A stretch of 64,000 bases of DNA, from the NCBI GenBank assembly GCA_035275265.1, contig DATENC010000020.1:158744-222743 (forward strand), read 5' to 3'. The DNA comes from Burkholderiales bacterium (GTDB lineage: Bacteria; Pseudomonadota; Gammaproteobacteria; Burkholderiales; JACQAP01). The first letter of the stretch is position 1, and the number at the start of each line of letters is the position of its first letter. This document shows, piece by piece, positions 1 to 10,760 of this stretch. The translations under genes were made by a program, and so were the position numbers. The notes under the pieces were generated by a model. It was not told where the DNA came from and searched no databases. It saw only the letters and a program-made list of their open reading frames with translations.

Positions 1-1550
1 GCCACAAGACGCCAATCATCTTCCGCGCCACTCGCCAGTGGTTCATCGGCATGGAAGAGGGTCGCGAACGGTCGCTGCGAGAGATCGCCAAGGCCGCGGT
101 GGACGCGACCGCGTTCTATCCGCCCGGAGGCAGGGCACGGCTGGAGGCGAACATCAACAACCGGCCGGATTGGTGTGTGTCACGACAGCGCAACTGGGGC
201 ACGCCCATCGCTTTGTTTGTGCACAAGGAAACCGGCGAACTGCATCCGCGCACAGAAGAGTTGCTGGAGCAAGTGGCGGAGCGCGTCGCGAAAGAAGGCA
301 TAGAAGCGTGGTTCTCGCTGGAACCGGCTGCGCTGCTCGGAGGCGACGCGGCAACCTATCGCAAAGTGCTGGATACGCTCGACGTCTGGTTCGATTCCGG
401 TACCACGCATGTGGGCGTACTCGAACGCCGCGCGGATTTGGCCAAGCCGGCGGATCTCTATCTGGAAGGCTTGGACCAGCACCGCGGCTGGTTCGATGCT
501 TCCCTGCTGACAGGTTGCGCAATCGATGGACGTGCGCCCTTCAAGAGCCTGCTGACCCACGGTTTCGCAGTGGACGGGCAGGGCCGGAAATTGTCGAAGT
601 CGCTCGGCAACGCGATTTCCCCGCAGAAAGTGATGGATACGCTGGGCGCCGACATTCTGCGGTTGTGGGTCGCGACCACCGACTACACCGGCGAACTTGC
701 CATCTCGGACGAGATTCTCAAGCGCGTGGTCGAGAGCTACCGCCGTATCCGCAATACGCTGCGCTTCTTGATGGCTAATCTCGATGACTTCGATCCGCAA
801 GGTCACTTGCTGCCGGTGACCGAATGGCTGGAGATCGACCGGTACGCGCTGCAGATGTCCGCACGCCTGCAGGAAAACATCACCCGGGACTACGACAAAT
901 ACGAATTCCACTTGGTGATGCAGAAGCTCCAGGCCTTCTGTTCCGAGGACCTGGGCGGGTTCTATCTCGATATCCTCAAGGACCGGCTCTACACGGCGGG
1001 CAAGGATTCGAAGCCGCGGCGCTCGGCGCAGAACGCTCTTTACCACATTGCTCAGGGGTTGCTGCGGTGGATGGCGCCGGTTCTATCCTTTACGGCGGAC
1101 GAAGCCTGGGCGATCCTCACCCGCGATTCGGGTGATAGCGTGCTGCTGCGTACCTGGTATGCGTTTCCGGAATCAGGGGTGGACCTGCTCGGCCGCTGGG
1201 ACGAAATCCGCGACATTCGCGCTGAAGTGCAAAAGGAACTGGAGGCCGTGCGGGTGGCCGGCAGGATTGGCTCGTCGCTTCAGGCGGAAGTCGAAATTCA
1301 AGGCGACGGCGAGCGTTTCGAGGTACTGAGCTCACTGGGCGACGACCTGCGCTTCGTGCTGATCACTTCGCAGGCCTGTGTGACCAGGAGTGCCGGAGCA
1401 CGTATCGTGGTGGACGCCAGCCCGCACCGCAAGTGCGAGCGCTGCTGGCACTACCGTGCCGATGTTGGACATGATACGCAGCATCCGGACATCTGCAGTC
1501 GCTGCACGTCCAACCTGTACGGTGCGGGCGAGTCCCGAATCCATGCGTAG
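1..1550 (+). CDS. ileS: isoleucine--tRNA ligase, C-terminal part (5' end outside window)
   Basis: The frame is open from the window edge ([19 protein letters not shown]...). It has the class I KMSKS loop 'KLSKSLGN' and C-terminal Cys pairs 'CERCWHY...CSRCTSN'. lspA follows directly. Confidence 0.95.
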   Translation, partial: HKTPIIFRATRQWFIGMEEGRERSLREIAKAAVDATAFYPPGGRARLEANINNRPDWCVSRQRNWGTPIALFVHKETGELHPRTEELLEQVAERVAKEGIEAWFSLEPAALLGGDAATYRKVLDTLDVWFDSGTTHVGVLERRADLAKPADLYLEGLDQHRGWFDASLLTGCAIDGRAPFKSLLTHGFAVDGQGRKLSKSLGNAISPQKVMDTLGADILRLWVATTDYTGELAISDEILKRVVESYRRIRNTLRFLMANLDDFDPQGHLLPVTEWLEIDRYALQMSARLQENITRDYDKYEFHLVMQKLQAFCSEDLGGFYLDILKDRLYTAGKDSKPRRSAQNALYHIAQGLLRWMAPVLSFTADEAWAILTRDSGDSVLLRTWYAFPESGVDLLGRWDEIRDIRAEVQKELEAVRVAGRIGSSLQAEVEIQGDGERFEVLSSLGDDLRFVLITSQACVTRSAGARIVVDASPHRKCERCWHYRADVGHDTQHPDICSRCTSNLYGAGESRIHA

Positions 1551-2046
1551 CATCGCGGTGTGGCTAGGGCTGAGTGCACTGATCGTCCTACTCGATCAGG
1601 CCACCAAGCAGGCCATCCTGCACACTGTCGCGCTCGGCCAGACCGTGGAGGTATTGCCGCCTGTATTCAGTCTGGTCCTGACCTACAACCCTGGTGCGGC
1701 ATTCAGCTTCCTGGCGTGGGCATCGGGTTGGCAGCGTTATTTCTTCATGGCGATCGCGCTGGCAGCGTCGGTTCTGATCGTCTACATGATGAAAAAGCAC
1801 GAGCGCGATCGCTTGTTGTGCTTTGCGCTCGCGCTGGTGCTCGGCGGAGCGGTCGGCAATCTGATCGACCGCGCTATCTATGGGGCAGTGGTGGACTTCC
1901 TGCTGTTCCGCTGGCCTGGAGGGCCGCGGCTGTTTGATCCCTGGCCGGCTTTCAATCTGGCCGACTCGTGCATCACCGTCGGCGCGGCACTGCTGATCTG
2001 GGATAGTTTCCGCCGTTCCCGTGTCAAACCAGTGCAAGTGCGTTAG
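1543..2046 (+). CDS. lspA: lipoprotein signal peptidase II
   Basis: The ATG at 1543 overlaps the ileS stop. N-terminus is '[22 protein letters not shown]', with motifs 'YNPGAAFSF' and '[14 protein letters not shown]'. The protein is multi-TM, and ileS-lspA synteny is classic. Confidence 0.9.
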   Translation: MRSIAVWLGLSALIVLLDQATKQAILHTVALGQTVEVLPPVFSLVLTYNPGAAFSFLAWASGWQRYFFMAIALAASVLIVYMMKKHERDRLLCFALALVLGGAVGNLIDRAIYGAVVDFLLFRWPGGPRLFDPWPAFNLADSCITVGAALLIWDSFRRSRVKPVQVR

Positions 2047-2096
2047 CCATCCGGGAGACAGAGAACATCTTCGTGGCACCTGTCGCTGACTAGAGA

Positions 2097-2741
2097 ATGC
2101 CGAACTGGCTCAAAATGATAGAAGCCAAAACCGCGCTGGCGAAGCGCGGCGCCAAACCTTCCAGGTCTGGTGACAACCCGCGCGTTCCTCCGGGACAAAA
2201 ACAGGTCCACGACTTTCCGATCCTCGACCTCGGGCTTGAACCCGAAGTCTGGGCCTCGAACTGGACGCTCAGGCTTTTCGGGATGGTCGAAGCAACTCTC
2301 GAGCTTGACTGGACCACGTTCAACCAACTACCTCAAATTGAGGCGACCGCCGATTTTCATTGTGTAACGCGCTGGTCGCAGCTCGATATGAACTGGAAGG
2401 GTGTGCTGGCGCGCGAGGTCATTGTGCGGGCGCGTCCGCTGGACAACGCCAAGTTCGTTACGCTGCACGGCGCCGACGAATACACCACGAACCTTCCGCT
2501 GGAAGCGCTGCTCGACGACGATGTAATTCTCGCCCACAGCGTCTTCGGCAAGCCGCTCACACCGGAACATGGGGGCCCGGTACGGCTGGTCGCGCCAAAG
2601 CGCTACGCATGGAAGAGCGCGAAGTGGCTCACCGGCATCGAGTTCCATCAGGAAGATCGCCCGGGATTCTGGGAAGTTCGCGGATACCACAACGATGCCG
2701 ATCCGTGGAAGGAACAACGTTTCTCCGGCGGTGAATTGTGA
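2097..2741 (+). CDS. small molybdopterin-dependent (sulfite-oxidase-like) oxidoreductase
   Basis: 214 aa with 'DFHCVTRWS..W.GV', 'HGGPVRLVAP..YAWKSAKWL.GIEF' and 'GFWE.RGYH', typical of the Moco-binding oxidoreductase fold. No signal peptide is visible. Confidence 0.7.
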   Translation: MPNWLKMIEAKTALAKRGAKPSRSGDNPRVPPGQKQVHDFPILDLGLEPEVWASNWTLRLFGMVEATLELDWTTFNQLPQIEATADFHCVTRWSQLDMNWKGVLAREVIVRARPLDNAKFVTLHGADEYTTNLPLEALLDDDVILAHSVFGKPLTPEHGGPVRLVAPKRYAWKSAKWLTGIEFHQEDRPGFWEVRGYHNDADPWKEQRFSGGEL

Positions 2742-2800
2742 ACCGCCGCTGCCCAGACCCGGGCGTATAATTCTGCCCTTTCCAGCATCTCTCGGAATTC

Positions 2801-3724
2801 ATGCAGGTCATTCTCGCCAACCCTCGCGGCTTCTGCGCCGGTGTGGACCGCGCCATCGATATTGTCGAGCGCGCGTTGCAGCTTCACGGCGCACCGATTT
2901 ACGTGCGGCACGAAGTCGTGCACAACAAATACGTAGTCAACGATCTGCGCGCCAAGGGTGCCGTGTTCGTCGAGGAACTGGCGGAAGTCCCGGAGGGCGC
3001 CACGGTGGTCTTCAGCGCCCACGGCGTATCGCAGGCGATCAGGCGCGAGGCGCGCGCGCGCAAGCTGCGGATATTCGACGCCACGTGTCCGCTGGTGACC
3101 AAGGTGCACGTCGAGGTGGCCAAGATGCACGATGGTTGGCGCGAGATCATCATGATCGGCCATTCCGGGCACCCGGAGGTCGAAGGTACGATGGGGCAGG
3201 TTGAGGGCAACATGTACCTGGTCGAATCGGTCGAGGAAGCGGAGCGGCTACAGGTCAAGGACCCGGAAAACCTGGCATTCGTCACCCAGACCACACTGTC
3301 GGTGGACGATGCGCGCGCCATCACCGAGGCATTGCGGCGGCGATTTCCCAATATTATCGGGCCCAAGAAAGACGACATCTGCTATGCCACGCAGAACCGC
3401 CAGGACGCGGTCAAGGCGATGGCAGCGCAGTGCGATGTCGTCATCGTATTGGGTTCGCCCAACAGCTCCAATTCCAACCGCTTGCGCGAGGTGGCGGCCA
3501 ATCTCGGCATTCCCGCGTACATGCTGGATAACGCTGTCGATCTGAAACCCGAATGGGTGGAGGGAAAAAAGGTGGTGGGCGTGACGGCTGGCGCATCCGC
3601 CCCGGAAGTGCTGGTGCAGGCGGTCATTGCCCGGCTCAAGTCGTTGGGCGCCGGATCGGTCAGGGAACTGGAAGGTATCGCGGAACGGGTAACGTTTCCC
3701 TTGCCCAAGGCATTGGCCGTCTAA
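2801..3724 (+). CDS. ispH: 4-hydroxy-3-methylbut-2-enyl diphosphate reductase
   Basis: '[23 protein letters not shown]', '[10 protein letters not shown]', '[11 protein letters not shown]', '[10 protein letters not shown]' and '[11 protein letters not shown]' are all hallmark IspH/LytB blocks. Confidence 0.95.
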   Translation: MQVILANPRGFCAGVDRAIDIVERALQLHGAPIYVRHEVVHNKYVVNDLRAKGAVFVEELAEVPEGATVVFSAHGVSQAIRREARARKLRIFDATCPLVTKVHVEVAKMHDGWREIIMIGHSGHPEVEGTMGQVEGNMYLVESVEEAERLQVKDPENLAFVTQTTLSVDDARAITEALRRRFPNIIGPKKDDICYATQNRQDAVKAMAAQCDVVIVLGSPNSSNSNRLREVAANLGIPAYMLDNAVDLKPEWVEGKKVVGVTAGASAPEVLVQAVIARLKSLGAGSVRELEGIAERVTFPLPKALAV

Positions 3725-3742
3725 TTTTCCGCGACAAAAGGA

Positions 3743-3772
3743 AAGCGGCTCGCATTGGCGAGCCGCTTTTTT
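3743..3772. terminator. rho-independent terminator between convergent ispH and pilY1
   Basis: Perfect 11-bp stem AAGCGGCTCGC (3743-3753) / GCGAGCCGCTT (3758-3768), loop ATTG, then T6 on the + strand. The opposite strand is followed by TCCTTTTG. Confidence 0.7.
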
Positions 3773-3787
3773 GTTGCTTACCGCGCC

Positions 3788-6700
3788 TTATTGCAACTCT
3801 CGGAAGCTGCTCCGGCGGCCGGTCGGGTTCGGCGACGAGAACGGAGGCGTCAGGTTGGGGTACTTGTTGTCCGAGGTGGTCACGATCGCAACCGTCTTAC
3901 CGTCCGGCAGTCGCACGATGCTGATACCGACAACCAGTGAATTTCCCAATAGCACTCCGGCGACTCCGCCGACTGAGGACTGGATATATCCCCCGGTCTT
4001 GTAGTCAAAGAAATTCAAGTACGAAGTGCCACCGGAAGTGCAGGCGGTGATGGACGGAATGTTCGAGCCGATGATTAGCGTACCGAGTTGCAGCTTCGGA
4101 TCGACGTTCACACGCTCTCCGCTGTTCGGAAGATCGACTCTCCATCCATTCTTCGTTGAAACGTCGACTGGATTCGAGGTCACCGTGCGAATACCCGCAC
4201 CGGTCTCGGTCGTAGCATTCGTAAGCGTCTGTGCCACGACCGTAGTGCCACGGGCGACGATAGGTGCGGCCGGCTGGACACCGTTGGTTGCGTCCTTGAT
4301 GCCATAGATCGTCTGCACCTGGACCGATGGCAGATCGCTGGCGCCGAGCATGCGTCCGGTCCCGACGTAGACGAACGGTACGCCATTGACTTCACCCAGC
4401 TCCGGTTTTGTCGTGATCGGTTGGGTCACGCCCGACGGGTCCGTGTACCGGACAATCGCATACGTGGTTTCCGTATCCAGGTTGAAACGCCACATGTTGC
4501 CGAGCATGTCGCCGGCGTAAGCCCTCAGCGTCGTGTTGTTGACGTTGGTATCGTCGACCCAGTTGTTGATCTTCGCAACGCCAAGCGGCGTGGTCACGCT
4601 CCCCGGCGCAGACGCGGGCGGGTTGCGGGCCTGTATCTTCTTCAGGATCGCCCCGGTGATGGGGTTCAGCACATAGACATAGCCTTTCCCGTCGCCCGGG
4701 CTGACATTGTTATAGCCCGAAGTGACGACTACGACCCAGGTGCCGTTGCCCAGCTTGGTAATGATCGGGTTGCCATGGGTCAGGCCGAGGTCGCAATCGG
4801 TCGTGGCGCCGGCCGAAAATGCGACCGGACAGCTCGCCGTAGGTGCGACATTGAATTCCCATAATCCGATCGGAGTCTCCGGATCCGTGACATCGAGGGC
4901 GTAGTAGGCCCTTCCTCCGGAGCCGAGACCGCCGACCAGAATGGTTTTCCATTTTGCGGCGACAGGATCGTAGATGTCGCCGACAGTCGGTGATCCATCC
5001 ACATAGAACTGGTGGCGGTTGGCGTAATCCTTATCCGCCAGGCGATACAGCTTCGGGATCAATATGTTTGGGAGGTATGCCCAACGCTCCACCCCGGTGT
5101 TGCCGTTAAGCGCGTGCAGCATGCCGTCGTTGGCCGCGATGTACACGGTCGCACTGCGGGCGCTGCCGATGTCGACACCGTTCACGACATTGACGGGATC
5201 GCGGGCACCGCTGTATATGCCACCACAACTCACGCCGATCGAATTTATGCACTCTTTGAAGTTGGCCCCGGCCGGCGAAGCGAAGCCGGGGTCGGCGTAG
5301 CTGGCCGAAACCTGCTTAACGTACACCGGTGCGCCGTTGACGACGTCGCCCAGAACATGCGTGCGGTCCCGGTATACCCGATTGTCAGCAATCACTGCAA
5401 AGGGCGGGCTGGGGTCGGTCAGCAAGTTGTCGAGCTTGTCTGTGAAATGCGAATCGCCGCGAATATAGTTGACCAGGTTCACCCCCGCGGCAGCGGTCTG
5501 CTGGGCGGTGCTCAGGCTGCCCCATTGGCTCAATGCCGCGGTCCCGGTGCTGATCCATGGGACCTCGAAATAGGCCCGCTCGGCCACGGTCAGGTTCGCC
5601 CAGGTGAAATCCTGCAGGTTGTTGGTGGCGCCGGTATTGAAGCGCTTGATGCGGCGGTTGCCGCCTCCCGGGTTCGTCGCATTTGCAAGCGTATCGAGCT
5701 CCGTTTGCGCTCTCCAGATTGACGCTGTGCCAACCGAACCGTCGTCCAAGTCGATAGTGCGGGCCTCCACGTCTCCGTTCCAGCTCATGGTTTCGTAACT
5801 GGCAACGAACGCGAAGTTGTCCCCGGCGACGGGCTCGAGGTTACTGGTTGCCGCAGCAGCGGCCGAGCCGGTTTTAGCCCCGACGTTGGATAATGCTTTT
5901 GACAATCCGGTGGAGAGCTCAGCAGGATCCTTGGCGCTGAAGTACCTTCCCCGGCCGGTCACGGCTGCGTGCCACAAATCGTCCACAGCGGTCAGCGTAT
6001 CCCCAACCGGTTGCGGCCAGTTTTTCGATCCATTGCTGATCGCGAGGAAATCCCCGGTCGGGTCGGTGCGATATTCCGAATCGTACGTCAGAGTACCGTC
6101 CACGCCCAGGCCGAGGGTGAAGGTGGTCATATGCTGCCATCCCGCGCTGTCGTTTTGCGGATCGGTGCCAGGCTGTCCCGGGACGTTGTGGTCGGTGCCC
6201 ACGTCCAGCTGAACTCCCGAGACCGCGGCTCCGAGCGAGCCCGCCGGACGCAGGTCGGTGATGTAGTAGTACTGCGCGACGTCGGCAAGAGTATCGGCAT
6301 AACCCAACGGGCCCTGCGTCGAGGAATTGACGGTTTCCGATTGCGGTCCAGCGCTCGTGGCGGCCGCTGACTTCGGGGTTGGAGGCCCAATAGTGAAGTC
6401 CAATCCCGTGATGGCCGCGCCTGTCGATGTGGACGTCGGCGTACCCGGAGTGGAAGTCGAGCCTGCAGGCGTGGGGCCGCCGGTCGTCGTATTCGACTGA
6501 ACGTTGCTGTTGGTGGTAGGTGCCGCCGCGACCGGGTGACCGGTGACCACTGGACCGGTGGTTGCCCCGGGAACGCTGCTGTTTGTGGCGGTCTTTGCGG
6601 TAGCGCTGCACGCCTGTACGGTGGAGAACGTCGGCCCGCTGGTGTTGCCGCTAAAAGTCGTGGCAGGCGCGCCGCCGCCAACGGTCGTTACGAACCTGTT

Positions 6701-8995
6701 GTACCCGGTGATCCGCTGCTGTTTGGACGTCCAGAGCTGGGCGGCAGCACCGGAAGTTTGAGTGCAGACGTACGTAGTCTGGTTGTTGACACCGTTGCCC
6801 GCCGCTGGGAACGCGGTGGGATCGGTGGGGGGAGAGGTTTCCCCGCCGACCCATTGGATTGTGTCGGTTATCGGCGTGGTGGTGACCGATGTGAGGTCCG
6901 TGCAGCCCCCGCCCACAGCAGTGATATTGTAAACGTTGGCGCTGAATGTGGCCGGGTTGACTGTACCGCCCACCGTAACTACGGTCTGGTCGTATGTAGT
7001 TGTTCTACGCCATATCCGCGCACGGTTTGAACCGCAAGTGCCGGTCGCCTGGTTGCCTCCCGGTGTGCCGGATATACCCGCGGGGGTCACGTCGCCAAAC
7101 GTGCTGACGGCGTTGGCTGTCAGCGTTTGTTCCTGTACCACCGTAAAGCGGGTGACGACGGTGTTGGTCAGCGCGACGCAGGCACCGACATCGGAAAAAG
7201 CGTAGGTTGCATCCAGCACTGCAGGTGCCGCCACGCCGCCCGTTGTAACCACCGTGCTGGTGGCTGTCGTGGTGCGGTGTTTGATGCGTCCAAAATTTGC
7301 CGGACAGCTACCAGCCTGATTCGCACCCGCGGTGACGCCATTGACCGCGGCAAAGGTGGTGTTGGCGCTGCCGTTCACGGCCTGTTCATCCTCCCTTATT
7401 GTCGGCGTAATCGCGGTGGTCACGACCGCGTTACAGGCCGTAATGTCCTGATAGGTCGTGGGCGTGGTAGGCGTGGTACTCAAGATGACGCCGTCGCGCG
7501 AAACCACCGTGCTGACCGACGCCGAGGTCTGCTGCTTGACGCGCTTGAAGTTCGCCGCGCAGCCGCAACCCGTGGCGCCAAAAACGGTGGCGTTGCCAGT
7601 GCAGATCCGCTGATTGTATGTGTTGTTCGAAGTCACCTCGGTGAGCTGGAACGAACCGTCGAGCAACGGACGCGGTGCAGTTGCAGGGTTCGAGTCCTGA
7701 TGTCCGATCGCGGTGCCGTCAAGTTTCTGGCCCGCATTGTCGTTCCAGAACCCGTCGGTCGACAGGATCGTGAAGTTTTGCTGACACGAGTATTGCAGCG
7801 GATCACCAGTCATGCCGGCGTTAATGCCCGTAGTCACATGGGCATAGTACCGACCGACCCTGGACAAGGCTTCCCGCAATGGCGTGAAGCCGTTCGGAGC
7901 CGTTGCGTAGAACTTGGTGTACCAGTTGTTCTTTTGATTCCCGGCGCCCGCCGTGAAATCCCCCATGGAGAGAAATTCCGCCGCCGCTACCGGGCTGCCG
8001 GGATTGATGGTGACAAAGCCGACGCGGTAGGCATCGGAAACCTGCTTGAATGCCAGGCCGGAGGCCGTTTTCATCATCTGCATGCGCGTGCGATAGTAGG
8101 CATACCAGTTGGCGAAGTTGGTCATTTCCTGTGCATAGGTGCAGCCGGTGGGCCCATACGCACCGGTACAGTCGTCGCGTGTCACGGCCCGCGGGTAATT
8201 GGCCGTAGTCGAAACGATGTCAACGCGGGTGAAGCCGTTGCTGCCGGTGGTGCCGTACCTCGGATATTGGAATGTCGGCGTTTTCTTGGCCTGGCATGGT
8301 GTGGTCCCGAATCCGTTGGTGCCGTCCCGGTTGCTGCACCAGGTCACGCTGCTGATGGTGTAGTAATAGGGATGCAGGGGGTTCGAGGCATCGCCGACCA
8401 CTGAGTATTGGTATCGGAAAGTGCTGTTCGGATAGGTCCAGACGCCGCTCTGGATCGGGCGTTTGCATTCGCCGCTGGCAAACGGTGGGGTGCGATTCGT
8501 GGACGATATGTTGCCGCTCCCGGAGTCGGCGTTGCACCACACAGTGTCAGGATAGGCGGTGGTCAGGTCGATGGTGCCGGTGAACTGGATTCCATAGGCG
8601 TCGTTCGGCACCGCGGTCCAGGTGGTATAGCTCGTCCTGCTCGTCCCGTCATAGTTGACCGCCGGCGTATAGGTAATATCGGGGTTGTAGTAAATGCTGT
8701 TGAACTGCGCACTGTTGTACGTGGGATCGGCGAAATCGCAGTCGCGCAGAGTGGCATCGTCGTCCTTGCATGCGGGATCTTCGTGGACGGAGTCGGGCAT
8801 GAAGTCATTGTCCATGCTCCCGGAGTCATCCAGCACGAACATCAGATTGGGTTTCACGACCGAACTGGCTGCGTTTGCGAGCGGCGCCGGTGCGATGTCG
8901 GTCAACGCGGCTTGGACCGTGGTCATGGCAAGACCCAAACAAGGGACAATTGCCATTTTGATCAAGATCAAGCTCGTCGGTGAAGTGCGCTTCAT
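3788..8995 (-). CDS. pilY1: type IV pilus tip-associated adhesin PilY1 (very large, ~1735 aa)
   Basis: It is the last gene of the minor-pilin operon. Signal peptide 'MKRTSPTSLILIKMAIVPCLGLAMTTVQA', with GGGAG 5-6 nt upstream of the ATG at 8995; the ORF track start at 9013 lacks an RBS. vWA MIDAS-like 'VLDDSGSMD', 'ADVAQYYYITDLR', and a C-terminal PilY1/PilC beta-propeller-like ~550 aa. Confidence 0.85.
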   Translation of the reverse strand: MKRTSPTSLILIKMAIVPCLGLAMTTVQAALTDIAPAPLANAASSVVKPNLMFVLDDSGSMDNDFMPDSVHEDPACKDDDATLRDCDFADPTYNSAQFNSIYYNPDITYTPAVNYDGTSRTSYTTWTAVPNDAYGIQFTGTIDLTTAYPDTVWCNADSGSGNISSTNRTPPFASGECKRPIQSGVWTYPNSTFRYQYSVVGDASNPLHPYYYTISSVTWCSNRDGTNGFGTTPCQAKKTPTFQYPRYGTTGSNGFTRVDIVSTTANYPRAVTRDDCTGAYGPTGCTYAQEMTNFANWYAYYRTRMQMMKTASGLAFKQVSDAYRVGFVTINPGSPVAAAEFLSMGDFTAGAGNQKNNWYTKFYATAPNGFTPLREALSRVGRYYAHVTTGINAGMTGDPLQYSCQQNFTILSTDGFWNDNAGQKLDGTAIGHQDSNPATAPRPLLDGSFQLTEVTSNNTYNQRICTGNATVFGATGCGCAANFKRVKQQTSASVSTVVSRDGVILSTTPTTPTTYQDITACNAVVTTAITPTIREDEQAVNGSANTTFAAVNGVTAGANQAGSCPANFGRIKHRTTTATSTVVTTGGVAAPAVLDATYAFSDVGACVALTNTVVTRFTVVQEQTLTANAVSTFGDVTPAGISGTPGGNQATGTCGSNRARIWRRTTTYDQTVVTVGGTVNPATFSANVYNITAVGGGCTDLTSVTTTPITDTIQWVGGETSPPTDPTAFPAAGNGVNNQTTYVCTQTSGAAAQLWTSKQQRITGYNRFVTTVGGGAPATTFSGNTSGPTFSTVQACSATAKTATNSSVPGATTGPVVTGHPVAAAPTTNSNVQSNTTTGGPTPAGSTSTPGTPTSTSTGAAITGLDFTIGPPTPKSAAATSAGPQSETVNSSTQGPLGYADTLADVAQYYYITDLRPAGSLGAAVSGVQLDVGTDHNVPGQPGTDPQNDSAGWQHMTTFTLGLGVDGTLTYDSEYRTDPTGDFLAISNGSKNWPQPVGDTLTAVDDLWHAAVTGRGRYFSAKDPAELSTGLSKALSNVGAKTGSAAAAATSNLEPVAGDNFAFVASYETMSWNGDVEARTIDLDDGSVGTASIWRAQTELDTLANATNPGGGNRRIKRFNTGATNNLQDFTWANLTVAERAYFEVPWISTGTAALSQWGSLSTAQQTAAAGVNLVNYIRGDSHFTDKLDNLLTDPSPPFAVIADNRVYRDRTHVLGDVVNGAPVYVKQVSASYADPGFASPAGANFKECINSIGVSCGGIYSGARDPVNVVNGVDIGSARSATVYIAANDGMLHALNGNTGVERWAYLPNILIPKLYRLADKDYANRHQFYVDGSPTVGDIYDPVAAKWKTILVGGLGSGGRAYYALDVTDPETPIGLWEFNVAPTASCPVAFSAGATTDCDLGLTHGNPIITKLGNGTWVVVVTSGYNNVSPGDGKGYVYVLNPITGAILKKIQARNPPASAPGSVTTPLGVAKINNWVDDTNVNNTTLRAYAGDMLGNMWRFNLDTETTYAIVRYTDPSGVTQPITTKPELGEVNGVPFVYVGTGRMLGASDLPSVQVQTIYGIKDATNGVQPAAPIVARGTTVVAQTLTNATTETGAGIRTVTSNPVDVSTKNGWRVDLPNSGERVNVDPKLQLGTLIIGSNIPSITACTSGGTSYLNFFDYKTGGYIQSSVGGVAGVLLGNSLVVGISIVRLPDGKTVAIVTTSDNKYPNLTPPFSSPNPTGRRSSFRELQ

Positions 8996-9028
8996 GATTG
9001 CTCCCGAATACATGACGGAACGGATGGA

Positions 9029-9607
9029 TTAGTAAGTGAACGCCTGGATGTAACTGACGGTGAACTTCGGTCCTTCTATCCTCGCGGTGATCCGATAGAA
9101 CACCAGCGAAGTCCCGCTCAACGGCGCGGTTCCATACGAGCCGCCGCCCTTGGTGCTGCCCACCGACACCGTGGCAACCTTGACGCAATTGGTGTCGTCG
9201 ATCGATTTGGCGGATTCGTTGCACATGCGGTGGGCAACGTAACGGATGGTGTTGCCGTTACTGTCGGTCCCGACCAGCATGCCGTTCGCACTCCAAGCGA
9301 AGGTCTTCGGATCGAAGGAAGGCTGCCAGTTCGCGAAGTATCCGGCCTGGTCCGCTTCAAGTTCGCCCGGCGTCTTCCCGGTCAACCACGCGCGCGCAGC
9401 CTCGATCGCGGCGTCCCCGGCGCTGGAGGCAGCGTTCTTGAAAGCCAGGTTGCCCGCAATCAGGTTGTTGGTATCGACTGCGCGCATCATCGCAAGCCCG
9501 GCCATCGTCATGGCCACCAGGACGATCAGCGCGATGAACAGCACCACGCCGCGCTGCGCGCTTCGCGTCGCACGAATCCGCACGGGCTTCGGGTTTAGGG
9601 ATGTCAT
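9029..9607 (-). CDS. pilX: type IV pilus minor pilin PilX-like
   Basis: 'QRGVVLFIALIVLVAMTMAGLAMMRAVDTNNLIAGN' is a PilX N-terminal-type hydrophobic segment without Glu+5. Its position between pilW and pilY1 fits. Its ATG overlaps the pilW stop (ATGA). Confidence 0.7.
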   Translation of the reverse strand: MTSLNPKPVRIRATRSAQRGVVLFIALIVLVAMTMAGLAMMRAVDTNNLIAGNLAFKNAASSAGDAAIEAARAWLTGKTPGELEADQAGYFANWQPSFDPKTFAWSANGMLVGTDSNGNTIRYVAHRMCNESAKSIDDTNCVKVATVSVGSTKGGGSYGTAPLSGTSLVFYRITARIEGPKFTVSYIQAFTY

Positions 9608-10752
9608 CAGTTGCTCCAGATCATGTTGCGCAGAGGCACCACCGTTTCATAGGTGCGATAACGGTAGAAATGCCAGTCGGTCCCATCGGCGAGGTCGGCC
9701 ATGGTGAAGCAGCCGCCGGACCAATAGGGAGAATTGGGCGGATCATTGGGTGCTATGCAATCCGCCGTGACGGCGGTTTTTTCGAATTTCGCGCTGCGTG
9801 CCAATAGCGCAATGCGAACCGCGCGCACCTGCATCCATTCCACGTCGTCTGCGGGCAGCGTGGCATTCCAGGCGTCCACTACGGCATCGCCATCGGTGTC
9901 CTTGCCGTACAGCGCTTTCAGTTGCACGATGCCGTCGCCGATGTCCGAATCCGATGTGCCATCGGCGTCCACGTCCTGCGCCGGGTTGTAGGGAATAAGG
10001 GTTTTGGTTTGCAGTTTGTCGTCGCCGATCTGATAGGTCATGACGGTGGGCGAGCGGCCCAGCGTGTATAGCATCGCACCGGCCGAATAATTGACCCCGG
10101 ATCCGCCGCCTTTGTTGTGCTTGGCTGTCGGAGTGATCGTCGTATTGGTGGCATCGACGTAGCTGTAAGTGGCACCGGTGGTGTGTTGAACGGTATTTAT
10201 TGCCGCCGGCAGAAATCCGGTTACCTCAGCCAAAGAACAGTTCAGTCCCGCCTCATGTGCTACGACGAGGTCGCCCATCCAAACGCCCGCGGCATTCTTC
10301 AGCGGAAATTCCCCACCGGATGCAGCGCCGCTGACAAACTGATTACCTTGCACGACGTTTGGCGAATTGCCGTATATCACGGTGATCTGGTCCGGCGCGC
10401 CCGCGGCGCCAACGCTGATGACCACCGGCGCCATCAGAAAATTGAAGTCGGGCGCCGGTCGATTGCTGTCGTATCCAAGCACGTTGCAGCCGAGCATGTT
10501 GCTGGTTGCTGTGACCATGCCGAAGCCCGCACTGCGAATCGCGCTTTCCATCGTAAACATTGCGATGTTGCCGTTGACCTGTGCGTCGCTGGTACCCGTA
10601 GTGGTGCGCTTTCTTTCCTCGGAAGTTGCATACACTTGCATGATGACGACCATGCCGATCAGTCCAATGAGCACCGCAGCCAGAATTTCCGGCAGGCTCA
10701 TGCCGCGCATGAACCGCGCGTTTTGAAGTTCGTTGTTCCAGTGCTTTCCCAT
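9607..10752 (-). CDS. pilW: type IV pilus minor pilin PilW
   Basis: Prepilin motif 'RG|MSLPEILAAVLIGLIGMV' with Glu at +5. Start chosen at ATG 10752; the track ORF extends to 11025 but that would overlap pilV. Size and position match PilW. Confidence 0.8.
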   Translation of the reverse strand: MGKHWNNELQNARFMRGMSLPEILAAVLIGLIGMVVIMQVYATSEERKRTTTGTSDAQVNGNIAMFTMESAIRSAGFGMVTATSNMLGCNVLGYDSNRPAPDFNFLMAPVVISVGAAGAPDQITVIYGNSPNVVQGNQFVSGAASGGEFPLKNAAGVWMGDLVVAHEAGLNCSLAEVTGFLPAAINTVQHTTGATYSYVDATNTTITPTAKHNKGGGSGVNYSAGAMLYTLGRSPTVMTYQIGDDKLQTKTLIPYNPAQDVDADGTSDSDIGDGIVQLKALYGKDTDGDAVVDAWNATLPADDVEWMQVRAVRIALLARSAKFEKTAVTADCIAPNDPPNSPYWSGGCFTMADLADGTDWHFYRYRTYETVVPLRNMIWSN

Positions 10753-10760
10753 GATTGGCC

